Positions 1-13,730 of a DNA stretch of 64,000 bases are shown here, piece after piece. The stretch is from the human T2T-CHM13v2.0 reference genome, Homo sapiens: the NCBI RefSeq assembly GCF_009914755.1, contig NC_060939.1. One strand, given 5' to 3'. Within the stretch, counting starts at the first letter, position 1; each line of letters opens with the position of its first letter. Under the pieces are notes generated by a model that did not search any database, had not been told where the DNA came from, and saw only the letters and a program-made list of their open reading frames with translations. The position numbers were made by a program, and so were the translations under genes.

Positions 1-630
1 AATATAATATAATATATACTATATTAAGGTATATTATGTAAAGTATGTAATAAAATTATAAGTAACATAATATATAGTTATATATATTACCTTATGTATT
101 TACATAGAGTATTATACAGTTATATATAATTTTAAATTGTTATATATAATTTAATATAAAACAAATATAATATATATCATAACATATATATTGTATACCA
201 TATATATATTATGTATCATATATTGTATGTTATATATTATATATTCTATATCATATATCATATATTATATGTTATATATATCACATTCCACATTTTGTAT
301 ATTATAAATTATATGCAATATATGACATGTATTATATTATATATAATAAATTATACATTATATGTAACATAGTATATATTATATGTAACATGTATATTCT
401 ATGTAAAATATATAATATATAACATATTACATATAATTAATAACATAGACATATAATATATATTTAACATATGTACTATATATACAACGTATTATACATA
501 TACTATATAATATATATTATATATATGGCATAAAATATAATATATATTATATGTCATATTTTATATATACAATTATATATTATTATATGTTATTTTATAT
601 TATCTATAACATAGATATAATATATATACC

Positions 631-735
631 TATAATGTATATTACATATAACGTAGATATTATATATAATATATATAATGTATATTATATATAACGTAGA
701 TATTATATATAATATATATAATGTATATTATATAT
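631..735 (+). repeat. Internal 43-bp tandem repeat (~2.4 copies) in the AT-rich subunit, present in each unit
   Basis: ACGTAGATATTATATATAATATATATAATGTATATTA begins at 651 and again at 694 (period 43). Confidence 0.85.
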
Positions 736-980
736 TTAATACGTATACTAACCATATAATATATTCTATATATGATATATAATATATATTATATATGTCA
801 TAAAATATAATATATATTATATGTCATTGTATAAATATAATACTTATATATTATCAATTATTATATTACATTTAATATATATAATATAAGATGCAGGATG
901 TGAAACAATATTATATATATGTTATTTATATTATATATATGATACTATATATTATTGTATACATAATGTGTATATATATT

Positions 981-1547
981 TGTGGGTGCCCTATTTCCCA
1001 TCTCATAACTTGTTTTAAGAAGCGCAGCATAATAATGTGTGGGCTTGGGATTCAGTTTTTGAAACAAAACACTGAGCCTTCAATGACCTTTCGGTCTATG
1101 TAGAAGCGCTCCTGTCTTCGTGGCAGCAGTTGGACCTCACAATGTGGATTGTGCCGTCACCCTGCAATGTTTATGCCCTATCGCCATGGTGACGGGATTA
1201 GGGATCTCCTGCTCTTGGTCCTAAAGGCCACTGTCTGTGCTGTGTTTTTCAAAGGTCAGCACAGAGTGAACCTTTGTGGTTTTATTTTCCCTGAGTTTGA
1301 TTTTTCTCATGGGGAACCTGTGGTGCTGCTTTGAAGGTATATTCATACTGGCCTTTCAAATGCCAACTCTTCAAATTACTAGTTAATGCTTTCAAAGTAT
1401 GTTATTTCAAAAATTATCCTCCGTATTTTCCATATGCAGTTATAAATATGTTTCATGGTTATGTTTCATTCCTCAGTTTATATATTTGATTATTGTACCA
1501 AGCAGAGTACCTTTGAAATTTTTTTCATCTAAAAAATATGTAAATTA
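981..1547. repeat. HSATI-like subunit of DYZ2 (representative copy 1). Other copies start at about 3420, 5853, 8292, 10724, 13163, 15596, 18035, 20467, 22906, 25337, 27773, 30205, 32641, 35077, 37517, 39950, 42387, 44819, 47258, 49687, 52115, 54548, 56975, 59448, 61884
   Basis: A ~570 bp complex block (TGTGGGTGCCCTATTTCCCATCTC...TATGTAAATTA) lies between the AT-rich block and the Alu in every unit. Position and size fit the HSATI component of DYZ2. Not aligned to a consensus here. Confidence 0.8.
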
Positions 1548-1837
1548 GCTCAGGCCTGTAATCCCAGCAAATTTGGAGGCCAAGGCAAGGGGATCACAAG
1601 GTAAAGAGATCAAGACCATCCTGGCCAATACAGTGAAACGCTGTCACTACTAAAAATCCAAAAAATTAGCTAGGCATTGTGGCAGCTGGTGTAGTCCCAG
1701 TGTGGTGTAGTCCAAGCTACCTGGGAGGCTGAGGGAGGGCAATCGCTTGAACCCGTGAGGCAGATGTTGCAGTGAGCAAATTTGGTGCCATTGTACTCCA
1801 CCCTGTGCAACAGGACAACACTCTGTCTAAAAAAAAA
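1548..1837 (+). mobile_element. Decayed 5'-truncated Alu (AluSc/AluY-like), unit 1
   Basis: GCTCAGGCCTGTAATCCCAGC...GGATCACAAGGT...GAGATCAAGACCATCCTGGCCAA...TACTAAAAATCCAAAAAATTAGC...GGGAGGCTGAGG...AATCGCTTGAACCC...TTGCAGTGAGC...CTCTGTCT-A9 follows the dimeric Alu consensus. The first ~14 nt are missing. Confidence 0.95.
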
Positions 1838-3419
1838 TTATATATGATATATGTTATATGTTATGTAATATGCTTTATATGTAATATATAACCTCATATA
1901 TATTATATGTCATAATATATAATAGTTATCCTGTGTCATATTATATATATTATATATTTCATAACATATATAATATATAATACATATTATACATCTTATA
2001 TATGAAAATATGTAATTAGAGATAAAATAACATATAGTTATATATAATATGATATATAACATATATACTATATCATATATGATATATAATATATAATTTT
2101 TTATTGCATGTTATAATATATATATGTTATAATTTATATAATGATATAATTATATATATAATATAAATAATTATACATGATTATATAATTATATATAATA
2201 TAAATAATAATATATATAATTACATATTCATATCGTTATATATAATAATACATTTCATATGTAATTATATATATCATATAATAGACAACACACCTAATAT
2301 ATAATATATAATATATATTATACAATATAGGATACAAAAGATGTATGATATATAAGATATCATAATATAATATATATTTTAACATTATGTATGTAACATG
2401 TAATATGTGATATATAAAATAAATTATGTAATATAAAATAATATAATATAATATATACTATATTAAGGTATATTATGTAAAGTATGTAATAAAATTATAA
2501 GTAACATAATATATAGTTATATATATTATCTTATGTATTTACATAGAGTATTATACAGTTATATATAATTTTAAATTGTTATATATAATTTAATATAAAA
2601 CAAATATAATATATATCATAACATATATATTGTATACCATATATATATTATGTATCATATATTGTATGTTATATATTATATATTGTATATCATATATCAT
2701 ATATTATATGTTATATATATCACATTCCACATTTTGTATATTATAAATTATATGCAATATATGACATGTATTATATTATATATAATAAATTATACATTAT
2801 ATGTAACATAGTATATATTATATGTAACATGTATATTCTATGTAAAATATATAATATATAACATATTACATATAATTAATAACATAGACATATAATATAT
2901 ATTTAACATATGTACTATATATACAACGTATTATACATATACTATATAATATATATTATATATATGGCATAAAATATAATATATATTATATGTCATATTT
3001 TATATATACAATTATATATTATTATATGTTATTTTATATTATCTATAACATAGATATAATATATATACCTATAATGTATATTACATATAATGTAGATATT
3101 ATATATAATATATATAATGTATATTATATATAACGTAGATATTATATATAATATATATAATGTATATTATATATTTAATACGTATACTAACCATATAATA
3201 TATTCTATATATGATATATAATATATATTATATATGTCATAAAATATAATATATATTATATGTCATTGTATAAATATAATACTTATATATTATCAATTAT
3301 TATATTACATTTAATATATATAATATAAGATGCAGGATGTGAAACAATATTATATATATGTTATTTATATTATATATATGATACTATATATTATTGTATA
3401 CATAATGTGTATATATATT
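1838..3419. repeat. AT-rich degenerate simple-sequence subunit of DYZ2 (representative full copy; one per unit, partial copies at 1-980 and 62742-64000)
   Basis: ~1.58 kb of interrupted TATA/TATAA/TATAT motifs with very few G/C, reproduced almost base-for-base in each unit. Confidence 0.92.
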
Positions 3420-3987
3420 TGTGGGTGCCCTATTTCCCATCTCATAACTTGTTTTAAGAAGCGCAGCATAATAATGTGTGGGCTTGGGATTCAGTTTTTG
3501 AAACAAAACACTGAGCCTTCAATGACCTTTCGGTCTATGTAGAAGCGCTCCTGTCTTCGTGGCAGCAGTTGGACCTCACAATGTGGATTGTGCCGTCACC
3601 CTGCAATGTTTATGCCCTATCGCCATGGTGACGGGATTAGGGATCTCCTGCTCTTGGTCCTAAAGGCCACTGTCTGTGCTGTGTTTTTCAAAGGTCAGCA
3701 CAGAGTGAACCTTTGTGGTTTTATTTTCCCTGAGTTTGATTTTTCTCATGGGGAACCTGTGGTGCTGCTTTGAAGGTATATTCATACTGGCCTTTCAAAT
3801 GCCAACTCTTCAAATTACTAGTTAATGCTTTCAAAGTATGTTATTTCAAAAATTATCCTCCGTATTTTCCATATGCAGTTATAAATATGTTTCATGGTTA
3901 TGTTTCATTCCTCAGTTTATATATTTGATTATTGTACCAAGCAGAGTACCTTTGAAATTTTTTTTCATCTAAAAAATATGTAAATTA

Positions 3988-4277
3988 GCTCAGGCCTGTA
4001 ATCCCAGCAAATTTGGAGGCCAAGGCAAGGGGATCACAAGGTAAAGAGATCAAGACCATCCTGGCCAATACAGTGAAACGCTGTCACTACTAAAAATCCA
4101 AAAAATTAGCTAGGCATTGTGGCAGCTGGTGTAGTCCCAGTGTGGTGTAGTCCAAGCTACCTGGGAGGCTGAGGGAGGGCAATCGCTTGAACCCGTGAGG
4201 CAGATGTTGCAGTGAGCAAATTTGGTGCCATTGTACTCCACCCTGTGCAACAGGACAACACTCTGTCTAAAAAAAAA
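3988..4277 (+). mobile_element. Alu remnant, unit 2
   Basis: Copy of the 1548-1837 Alu. Confidence 0.93.
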
Positions 4278-6419
4278 TTATATATGATATATGTTATATG
4301 TTATGTAATATGCTTTATATGTAATATATAAACTCATATATATTATATGTCATAATATATAATAGTTATCCTGTGTCATATTATATATATTATATATTTC
4401 ATAACATATATAATATATAATACATATTATACAACTTATATATGAAAATATGTAATTAGAGATAAAATAACATATAGTTATATATAATATGATATATAAC
4501 ATATATACTATATCATATATGATATATAATATATAATTTTTTATTGCATATTATAATTCATATATATTATAATTTATATAATGATATAATTATTTATATA
4601 ATATAAATAATTATACATGATTATATAATTATATATAATATAAATAATAATATATATAATTACATATTCATATCGTTATATATAATAATACATTTCATAT
4701 GTAATTATATATATCATATAATAGACAACACACCTAATATATAATATATAATATATATTATACTATATAGGATACAAAAGATGTATGATATATAAGATAT
4801 CATAATATAATATATATTTTAACATTATGTATGTAACATGTAATATGTGATATATAAAATAAATTATGTAATATAAAATAATATAATATAATATATACTA
4901 TATTAAGGTATATTATGTAAAGTATGTAATAAAATTATAAGTAACATAATATATAGTTATATATATTATCTTATGTATTTACATAGAGTATTATACAGTT
5001 ATATATAATTTTAAATTGTTATATATAATTTAATATAAAACAAATATAATATACATCATAACATATATATTGTATACCATATATATATTATGTATCATAT
5101 ATTGTATGTTATATATCATATATTGTATATCATATATTATATGTTATATGTATCACATTCCACATTTTGTATATTATAAATTATATACAATATATGACAT
5201 ATATTATATTATATATAATAAATTATACATTATATGTAACATAGTATATATTATATGTAACATGTATATTCTATGTATAATATATAATATATAACATATT
5301 ACATATAATTAATAACATAGACATATAATATATATTTAATATATGTACTATATATACAACGTATTATACATATACTATATAATATATATTATATATATGG
5401 CATAAAATATAATATATATTATATGTCATATTTTATATATACAATTATATATTATTATATGTTATTTTATATTATCTATAACATAGATATAATATATATA
5501 CCTATAATGTATATTACATATAACGTAGATATTATATATAATATATATAATGTATATTATATATAACGTAGATATTATATATAATATATATAATGTATAT
5601 TATATATTTAATACGTATATTAACCATATAATATATTCTATATATGATATATAATATATATTATATATGTCATAAAACATAATATATATTATATGTCATT
5701 GTATAAATATAATACTTATATATTATCAATTATTATATTACATTTAATATATATAATATAAGATGCAGGATGTGAGACAATATTATATATATGTTATTTA
5801 TATTATATATATGATACTATATATTATTGTATACATAATGTGTATATATATTTGTGGGTGCCCTATTTCCCATCTCATAACTTGTTTTAAGAAGCGCAGC
5901 ATAATAATGTGTGGGCTTGGGATTCAGTTTTTGAAACAAAACACTGAGCCTTCAATGACCTTTCGGTCTATGTAGAAGCGCTCCTGTCTTCGTGGCAGCA
6001 GTTGGACCTCACAATGTGGATTGTGCCGTCACCCTGCAATGTTTATGCCCTATCGCCATGGTGACGGGATTAGGGATCTCCTGCTCTTGGTCCTAAAGGC
6101 CACTGTCTGTGCTGTGTTTTTCAAAGGTCAGCACAGAGTGAACCTTTGTGGTTTTATTTTCCCTGAGTTTGATTTTTCTCATGGGGAACCTGTGGTGCTG
6201 CTTTGAAGGTATATTCATACTGGCCTTTCAAATGCCAACTCTTCAAATTACTAGTTAATGCTTTCAAAGTATGTTATTTCAAAAATTATCCTCCGTATTT
6301 TCCATATGCAGTTATAAATATGTTTCATGGTTATGTTTCATTCCTCAGTTTATATATTTGATTATTGTACCAAGCAGAGTACCTTTGAAATTTTTTTCAT
6401 CTAAAAAATATGTAAATTA

Positions 6420-6709
6420 GCTCAGGCCTGTAATCCCAGCAAATTTGGAGGCCAAGGCAAGGGGATCACAAGGTAAAGAGATCAAGACCATCCTGGCCAA
6501 TACAGTGAAACGCTGTCACTACTAAAAATCCAAAAAATTAGCTAGGCATTGTGGCAGCTGGTGTAGTCCCAGTGTGGTGTAGTCCAAGCTACCTGGGAGG
6601 CTGAGGGAGGGCAATCGCTTGAACCCGTGAGGCAGATGTTGCAGTGAGCAAATTTGGTGCCATTGTACTCCACCCTGTGCAACAGGACAACACTCTGTCT
6701 AAAAAAAAA
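6420..6709 (+). mobile_element. Alu remnant, unit 3
   Basis: Copy of the 1548-1837 Alu. Confidence 0.93.
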
Positions 6710-8858
6710 TTATATATGATATATGTTATATGTTATGTAATATGCTTTATATGTAATATATAACCTCATATATATTATATGTCATAATATATAATAGTTA
6801 TCCTGTGTCATATTATATATATTATATATTTCATAACATATATAATATATAATACATATTATACATCTTATATATGAAAATATGTAATTAGAGATAAAAT
6901 AACATATAGTTATATATAATATGATATATAACATATATACTATATCATATATGATATATAATATATAATTTTTTATTGCATATTATAATATATATATGTT
7001 ATAATTTATATAATGATATAATTATATATATAATATAAATAATTATACATGCTTATATAATTATATATAATATAAATAATAATATATATAATTACATATT
7101 CATATCGTTATATATAATAATACATTTCATATGTAATTATATATATCATATAATAGACAACACACCTAATATATAATATATAATATATATTATACAATAT
7201 AGGATACAAAAGATGTATGATATATAAGATATCATAATATAATATATATTTTAACATTATGTATGTAACATGTAATATGTGATATATAAAATAAATTATG
7301 TAATATAAAATAATATAATATAATATATACTATATTAAGGTATATTATGTAAAGTATGTAATAAAATTATAAGTAACATAATATATAGTTATATATATTA
7401 TCTTATGTATTTACATAGAGTATTATACAGTTATATATAATTTTAAATTGTTATATATAATTTAATATAAAACAAATATAATATATATCATAACATATAT
7501 ATTGTATACCATATATATATTATGTATCATATATTGTATGTTATATATTATATATTCTATATCATATATCATATATTATATGTTATATATATCACATTCC
7601 ACATTTTGTATATTATAAATTATATGCAATATATGACATGTATTATATTATATATAATAAATTATACATTATATGTAACATAGTATATATTATATGTAAC
7701 ATGTATATTCTATGTAAAATATATAATATATAACATATTACATATAATTAATAACATAGACATATAATATATATTTAACATATGTACTATATATACAACG
7801 TATTATACATATACTATATAATATATATTATATATATGGCATAAAATATAATATATATTATATGTCATATTTTATATATACAATTATATATTATTATATG
7901 TTATTTTATATTATCTATAACATAGATATAATATATATACCTATAATGTATATTACATATAATGTAGATATTATATATAATATATATAATGTATATTATA
8001 TATAACGTAGATATTATATATAATATATATAATGTATATTATATATTTAATACGTATACTAACCATATAATATATTCTATATATGATATATAATATATAT
8101 TATATATGTCATAAAATATAATATATATTATATGTCATTGTATAAATATAATACTTATATATTATCAATTATTATATTACATTTAATATATATAATATAA
8201 GATGCAGGATGTGAAACAATATTATATATATGTTATTTATATTATATATATGATACTATATATTATTGTATACATAATGTGTATATATATTTGTGGGTGC
8301 CCTATTTCCCATCTCATAACTTGTTTTAAGAAGCGCAGCATAATAATGTGTGGGCTTGGGATTCAGTTTTTGAAACAAAACACTGAGCCTTCAATGACCT
8401 TTCGGTCTATGTAGAAGCGCTCCTGTCTTCGTGGCAGCAGTTGGACCTCACAATGTGGATTGTGCCGTCACCCTGCAATGTTTATGCCCTATCGCCATGG
8501 TGACGGGATTAGGGATCTCCTGCTCTTGGTCCTAAAGGCCACTGTCTGTGCTGTGTTTTTCAAAGGTCAGCACAGAGTGAACCTTTGTGGTTTTATTTTC
8601 CCTGAGTTTGATTTTTCTCATGGGGAACCTGTGGTGCTGCTTTGAAGGTATATTCAACTGGCCTTTCAAATGCCAACTCTTCAAATTACTAGTTAATGCT
8701 TTCAAAGTATGTTATTTCAAAAATTATCCTCCGTATTTTCCATATGCAGTTATAAATATGTTTCATGGTTATGTTTCATTCCTCAGTTTATATATTTGAT
8801 TATTGTACCAAGCAGAGTACCTTTGAAATTTTTTTTCATCTAAAAAATATGTAAATTA

Positions 8859-9148
8859 GCTCAGGCCTGTAATCCCAGCAAATTTGGAGGCCAAGGCAAG
8901 GGGATCACAAGGTAAAGAGATCAAGACCATCCTGGCCAATACAGTGAAACGCTGTCACTACTAAAAATCCAAAAAATTAGCTAGGCATTGTGGCAGCTGG
9001 TGTAGTCCCAGTGTGGTGTAGTCCAAGCTACCTGGGAGGCTGAGGGAGGGCAATCGCTTGAACCCGTGAGGCAGATGTTGCAGTGAGCAAATTTGGTGCC
9101 ATTGTACTCCACCCTGTGCAACAGGACAACACTCTGTCTAAAAAAAAA
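8859..9148 (+). mobile_element. Alu remnant, unit 4
   Basis: Copy of the 1548-1837 Alu. Confidence 0.93.
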
Positions 9149-11291
9149 TTATATATGATATATGTTATATGTTATGTAATATGCTTTATATGTAATATAT
9201 AACCTCATCTATATTATATGTCATAATATATAATAGTTATCCTGTGTCATATTATATATATTATATATTTCATAACATATATAATATATAATACATATTA
9301 TACAACTTATATATGAAAATATGTAATTAGAGATAAAATAACATATAGTTATATATAATATGATATATAACATATATACTATATCATATATGATATATAA
9401 TTTATAATTTTTTATTGCATATTATAATTCATATATATTATAATTTATATAATGATATAATTATTTATATAATATAAATAATTATACATGATTATATAAT
9501 TATATATAATATAAATAATAATATATATAATTACATATTCATATCGTTATATATAATAATACATTTCATATGTAATTATATATATCATATAATAGACAAC
9601 ACACCTAATATATAATATATAATATATATTATACTATATAGGATACAAAAGATGTATGATATATAAGATATCATAATATAATATATATTTTAACATTATG
9701 TATGTAACATGTAATATGTGATATATAAAATAAATTATGTAATATAAAATAATATAATATAATATATACTATATTAAGGTATATTATGTAAAGTATGTAA
9801 TAAAATTATAAGTAACATAATATATAGTTATATATATTATCTTATGTATTTACATAGAGTATTATACAGTTATATATAATTTTAAATTGTTATATATAAT
9901 TTAATATAAAACAAATATAATATACATCATAACATATATATTGTATACCATATATATATTATGTATCATATATTGTATGTTATATATCATATATTGTATA
10001 TCATATATTATATGTTATATGTATCACATTCCACATTTTGTATATTATAAATTATATACAATATATGACATATATTATATTATATATAATAAATTATACA
10101 TTATATGTAACATAGTATATATTATATGTAACATGTATATTCTATGTAAAATATATAATATATAACATATTACATATAATTAATAACATAGACATATAAT
10201 ATATATTTAATATATGTACTATATATACAACGTATTATACATATACTATATAATATATATTATATATATGGCATAAAATATAATATATATTATATGTCAT
10301 ATTTTATATATACAATTATATATTATTATATGTTATTTTATATTATCTATAACATAGATATAATATATATACCTATAATGTATATTACATATAACGTAGA
10401 TATTATATATAATATATATAATGTATATTATATATAACATAGATATTATATATAATATATATAATGTATATTATATATTTAATACGTATATTAACCATAT
10501 AATATATTCTATATATGATATATAATATATATTATATATGTCATAAAACATAATATATATTATATGTCATTGTATAAATATAATACTTATATATTATCAA
10601 TTATTATATTACATTTAATATATATAATATAAGATGCAGGATGTGAGACAATATTATGTATATGTTATTTATATTATATATATGATACTATATATTATTG
10701 TATACATAATGTGTATATATATTTGTGGGTGCCCTATTTCCCATCTCATAACTTGTTTTAAGAAGCGCAGCATAATAATGTGTGGGCTTGGGATTCAGTT
10801 TTTGAAACAAAACACTGAGCCTTCAATGACCTTTCGGTCTATGTAGAAGCGCTCCTGTCTTCGTGGCAGCAGTTGGACCTCACAATGTGGATTGTGCCGT
10901 CACCCTGCAATGTTTATGCCCTATCGCCATGGTGACGGGATTAGGGATCTCCTGCTCTTGGTCCTAAAGGCCACTGTCTGTGCTGTGTTTTTCAAAGGTC
11001 AGCACAGAGTGAACCTTTGTGGTTTTATTTTCCCTGAGTTTGATTTTTCTCATGGGGAACCTGTGGTGCTGCTTTGAAGGTATATTCATACTGGCCTTTC
11101 AAATGCCAACTCTTCAAATTACTAGTTAATGCTTTCAAAGTATGTTATTTCAAAAATTATCCTCCGTATTTTCCATATGCAGTTATAAATATGTTTCATG
11201 GTTATGTTTCATTCCTCAGTTTATATATTTCATTATTGTACCAAGCAGAGTACCTTTGAAATTTTTTTTCATCTAAAAAATATGTAAATTA

Positions 11292-11580
11292 GCTCAGGCC
11301 TGTAATCCCAGCAAATTTGGAGGCCAAGGCAAGGGGATCACAAGGTAAAGAGATCAAGACCATCCTGGCCAATACAGTGAAACGCTGTCACTACTAAAAA
11401 TCCAAAAAATTAGCTAGGCATTGTGGCAGCTGGTGTATCCCAGTGTGGTGTAGTCCAAGCTACCTGGGAGGCTGAGGGAGGGCAATCGCTTGAACCCGTG
11501 AGGCAGATGTTGCAGTGAGCAAATTTGGTGCCATTGTACTCCACCCTGTGCAACAGGACAACACTCTGTCTAAAAAAAAA
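11292..11580 (+). mobile_element. Alu remnant, unit 5
   Basis: Copy of the Alu with a 1-bp deletion (GGTGTA-TCCC) near 11437. Confidence 0.93.
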
Positions 11581-13730
11581 TTATATATGATATATGTTAT
11601 ATGTTATGTAATATGCTTTATATGTAATATATAACCTCATATATATTATATGTCATAATATATAATAGTTATCCTGTGTCATATTATATATATTATATAT
11701 TTCATAACATATATAATATATAATACATATTATACATCTTATATATGAAAATATGTAATTAGAGATAAAATAACATATAGTTATATATAATATGATATAT
11801 AACATATATACTATATCATATATGATATATAATATATAATTTTTTATTGCATATTATAATTCATATATATTATAATTTATATAATGATATAATTATTTAT
11901 ATAATATAAATAATTATACATGCTTATATAATTATATATAATATAAATAATAATATATATAATTACATATTCATATCGTTATATATAATAATACATTTCA
12001 TATGTAATTATATATATCATATAATAGAAAACACACCTAATATATAATATATAATATATATTATACAATATAGGATACAAAAGATGTATGATATATAAGA
12101 TATCATAATATAATATATATTTTAACATTATGTATGTAACATGTAATATGTGATATATAAAATAAATTATGTAATATAAAATAATATAATATAATATATA
12201 CTATATTAAGGTATATTATGTAAAGTATGTAATAAAATTATAAGTAACATAATATATAGTTATATATATTATCTTATGTATTTACATAGAGTATTATACA
12301 GTTATATATAATTTTAAATTGTTATATATAATTTAATATAAAACAAATATAATATATATCATAACATATATATTGTATACCATATATATATTATGTATCA
12401 TATATTGTATGTTATATATTATATATTCTATATCATATATCATATATTATATGTTATATATATCACATTCCACATTTTGTATATTATAAATTATATACAA
12501 TATATGACATGTATTATATTATATATAATAAATTATACATTATATGTAACATAGTATATATTATATGTAACATGTATATTCTATGTAAAATATATACTAT
12601 ATAACATATTACATATAATTAATAACATAGACATATAATATATATTTAACATATGTACTATATATACAACGTATTATACATATACTATATAATATATATT
12701 ATATATATGGCATAAAATATAATATATATTACATGTCATATTTTATATATACAATTATATATTATTATATGTTATTTTATATTATCTATAACATAGATAT
12801 AATATATATACCTATAATGTATATTACATATAACGTAGATATTATATATAATATATATAATGTATATTATATATAACGTAGATATTATATATAATATATA
12901 TAATGTATATTATATATTTAATACGTATATTAACCATATAATATATTCTATATATGATATATAATATATATTATATATGTCATAAAATATAATATATATT
13001 ATATGTCATTGTATAAATATAATACTTATATATTATCAATTATTATATTACATTTAATATATATAATATAAGATGCAGGATGTGAAACAATATTATATAT
13101 ATGTTATTTATATTATATATATGATACTATATATTATTGTATACATAATGTGTATATATATTTGTGGGTGCCCTATTTCCCATCTCATAACTTGTTTTAA
13201 GAAGCGCAGCATAATAATGTGTGGGCTTGGGATTCAGTTTTTGAAACAAAACACTGAGCCTTCAATGACCTTTCGGTCTATGTAGAAGCGCTCCTGTCTT
13301 CGTGGCAGCAGTTGGACCTCACAATGTGGATTGTGCCGTCACCCTGCAATGTTTATGCCCTATCGCCATGGTGACGGGATTAGGGATCTCCTGCTCTTGG
13401 TCCTAAAGGCCACTGTCTGTGCTGTGTTTTTCAAAGGTCAGCACAGAGTGAACCTTTGTGGTTTTATTTTCCCTGAGTTTGATTTTTCTCATGGGGAACC
13501 TGTGGTGCTGCTTTGAAGGTATATTCATACTGGCCTTTCAAATGCCAACTCTTCAAATTACTAGTTAATGCTTTCAAAGTATGTTATTTCAAAAATTATC
13601 CTCCGTATTTTCCATATGCAGTTATAAATATGTTTCATGGTTATGTTTCATTCCTCAGTTTATATATTTGATTATTGTACCAAGCAGAGTACCTTTGAAA
13701 TTTTTTTTCATCTAAAAAATATGTAAATTA

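Noticed and set aside
1-980. AT-rich organellar, Plasmodium-like or viral origin
   Set aside because: The primate Alu in every unit and the DYZ2-like architecture explain the composition.
891-1103. 70-aa ORF (MQDVKQYYIY...) repeated 26 times
   Set aside because: The N-terminal half is Ile/Tyr low complexity from TA repeats. Conservation reflects satellite homogeneity. There is no recognisable domain or gene context.
1149-1334. 61-aa ORF (MCRHPAMF...) repeated 26 times
   Set aside because: It is short, starts at TTG, lies inside the satellite and resembles no family I recognise. Non-coding neighbours are equally conserved.
1548-1837. 26 independent or active Alu insertions, or a 7SL-type RNA gene
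   Set aside because: All copies share the same truncation, internal duplication, decay and flanks, so this is one insertion amplified passively. The A box is truncated and no clear target-site duplication is visible.
1838-3419. TATA boxes and AATAAA poly(A) signals
   Set aside because: These are expected by chance at this base composition, and there is no associated gene structure.
5070-5294. 74-aa and 62-aa I/Y/C-rich ORFs, plus the 8587-, 11074- and 60329-type ORFs
   Set aside because: They appear or vanish with single indels or SNVs between units. They are useful as variant markers only.
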